Shown here: positions 63,524 through 64,000 of the stretch, piece after piece
Layout: every line of letters begins with the position of its first letter
How positions within the stretch are numbered: the first letter of the stretch is position 1
Virus record (IMG/VR): IMGVR_UViG_3300009285_000507
Coordinates: 32,749 to 96,748 of that record
DNA from: a virus
Lineage: Duplodnaviria > Heunggongvirae > Uroviricota > Caudoviricetes
DNA length: 64,000 bases
Strand: one strand, 5' to 3'
Made by a program: the position numbers and the translations under genes
The notes under the pieces: generated by a model
The model's input: only the letters and a program-made list of their open reading frames with translations
What the model was told of the DNA's origin: nothing
Databases searched by the model: none

Positions 63524-64000
63524 TGATAAACCTGGGAAGGATTGAGTTATTCATAAGAGGGCTGCAATCCTTTGGTGTACATAAAGAGAATATGTGTGCA
63601 CATGATTCACTGCCCAACTGGGTTACACATTTCTATGAGGAGGTAGCCAATGAAATGGACAATCACTCAACTGCTTAGGTACCACATAGAGCATGTGCAG
63701 GGCTATAGATATGAGGTACCTGGTCCGATTATACCTAGGGATAAAGAAGATATGCATATATATGTTAATGTAGATGTAATAAAGAGTTTATATGAAGGAT
63801 CATTGATTGATGGCTAGTCTTATGGATACCTATTATGTAATTAAAGGGGAAGAACTCATAGAGCAATGTCAGAGATGGGGAGTGAACAAGGAACATATAG
63901 ACATAAGCATAGCCCAAGCTCAGTCACGTAGCTCCTTTATTGTTAACCCACGTAGAGTTCGTATTGTGTGGGATGATGAAGAGGGCCAGGTAGCTATATG

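Overview
This window reads as a contiguous segment of a virulent tailed dsDNA phage genome, about 43-45% GC, with strong Shine-Dalgarno sites. Gene-level calls rest on the supplied six-frame ORF track plus hand inspection; regulatory motifs and small ORFs were found by eye and are not exhaustive.

Layout:
- A divergent promoter region lies at about 10.8 kb.
- Left of it, on the minus strand, are a T7-like family-A DNA polymerase, a stand-alone primase Zn-finger, an HNH endonuclease with two Cys-rich paralogs, a Pol-beta-type nucleotidyltransferase, an amidase endolysin with a membrane protein, and tRNA-Trp and tRNA-Tyr.
- Right of it, on the plus strand, come a ligase-like protein with substituted catalytic residues and a 690-bp AT-rich non-coding block with 44-bp direct repeats.
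- Next are HU, a RecA-like recombinase, an SbcC/Rad50 homolog split into pieces at the zinc hook, and SbcD.
- Then a TOPRIM primase, a DnaX-like clamp loader, and a sigma factor split into region-2 and region-4 ORFs, resembling the T4 late-transcription module.
- Terminase small and large subunits follow, then repeat-rich tail fibers.
- A 770-aa tandem-GT4 glycosyltransferase comes next, followed by membrane and lipoprotein genes and an LRR-like protein.
- The portal, protease/scaffold, capsid, acidic proteins and a 1338-aa virion protein follow.
- A five-gene glycosyltransferase/methyltransferase cluster (GT9-like, GT-A, MTase, GT2-like, MTase) comes after these.
- The window ends with many small genes, an SPFH/prohibitin protein, a degenerate tRNA-like element and a Nudix hydrolase.

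Two recurring promoter-like consensus families are visible: TAGAAA-N17-T(G/A)GTA(T/C)AAT and (A/T)TTACTTATA(T/C)A. There are also several rho-independent terminators and an operator-like pair of direct repeats containing the palindrome TCACAGTGA.

No CRISPR array, integrase or transposase is seen. The most novel-looking candidate is the phage-borne glycan-modification gene set (the tandem GT4 plus the GT/MTase cluster), followed by the naturally split SbcC.
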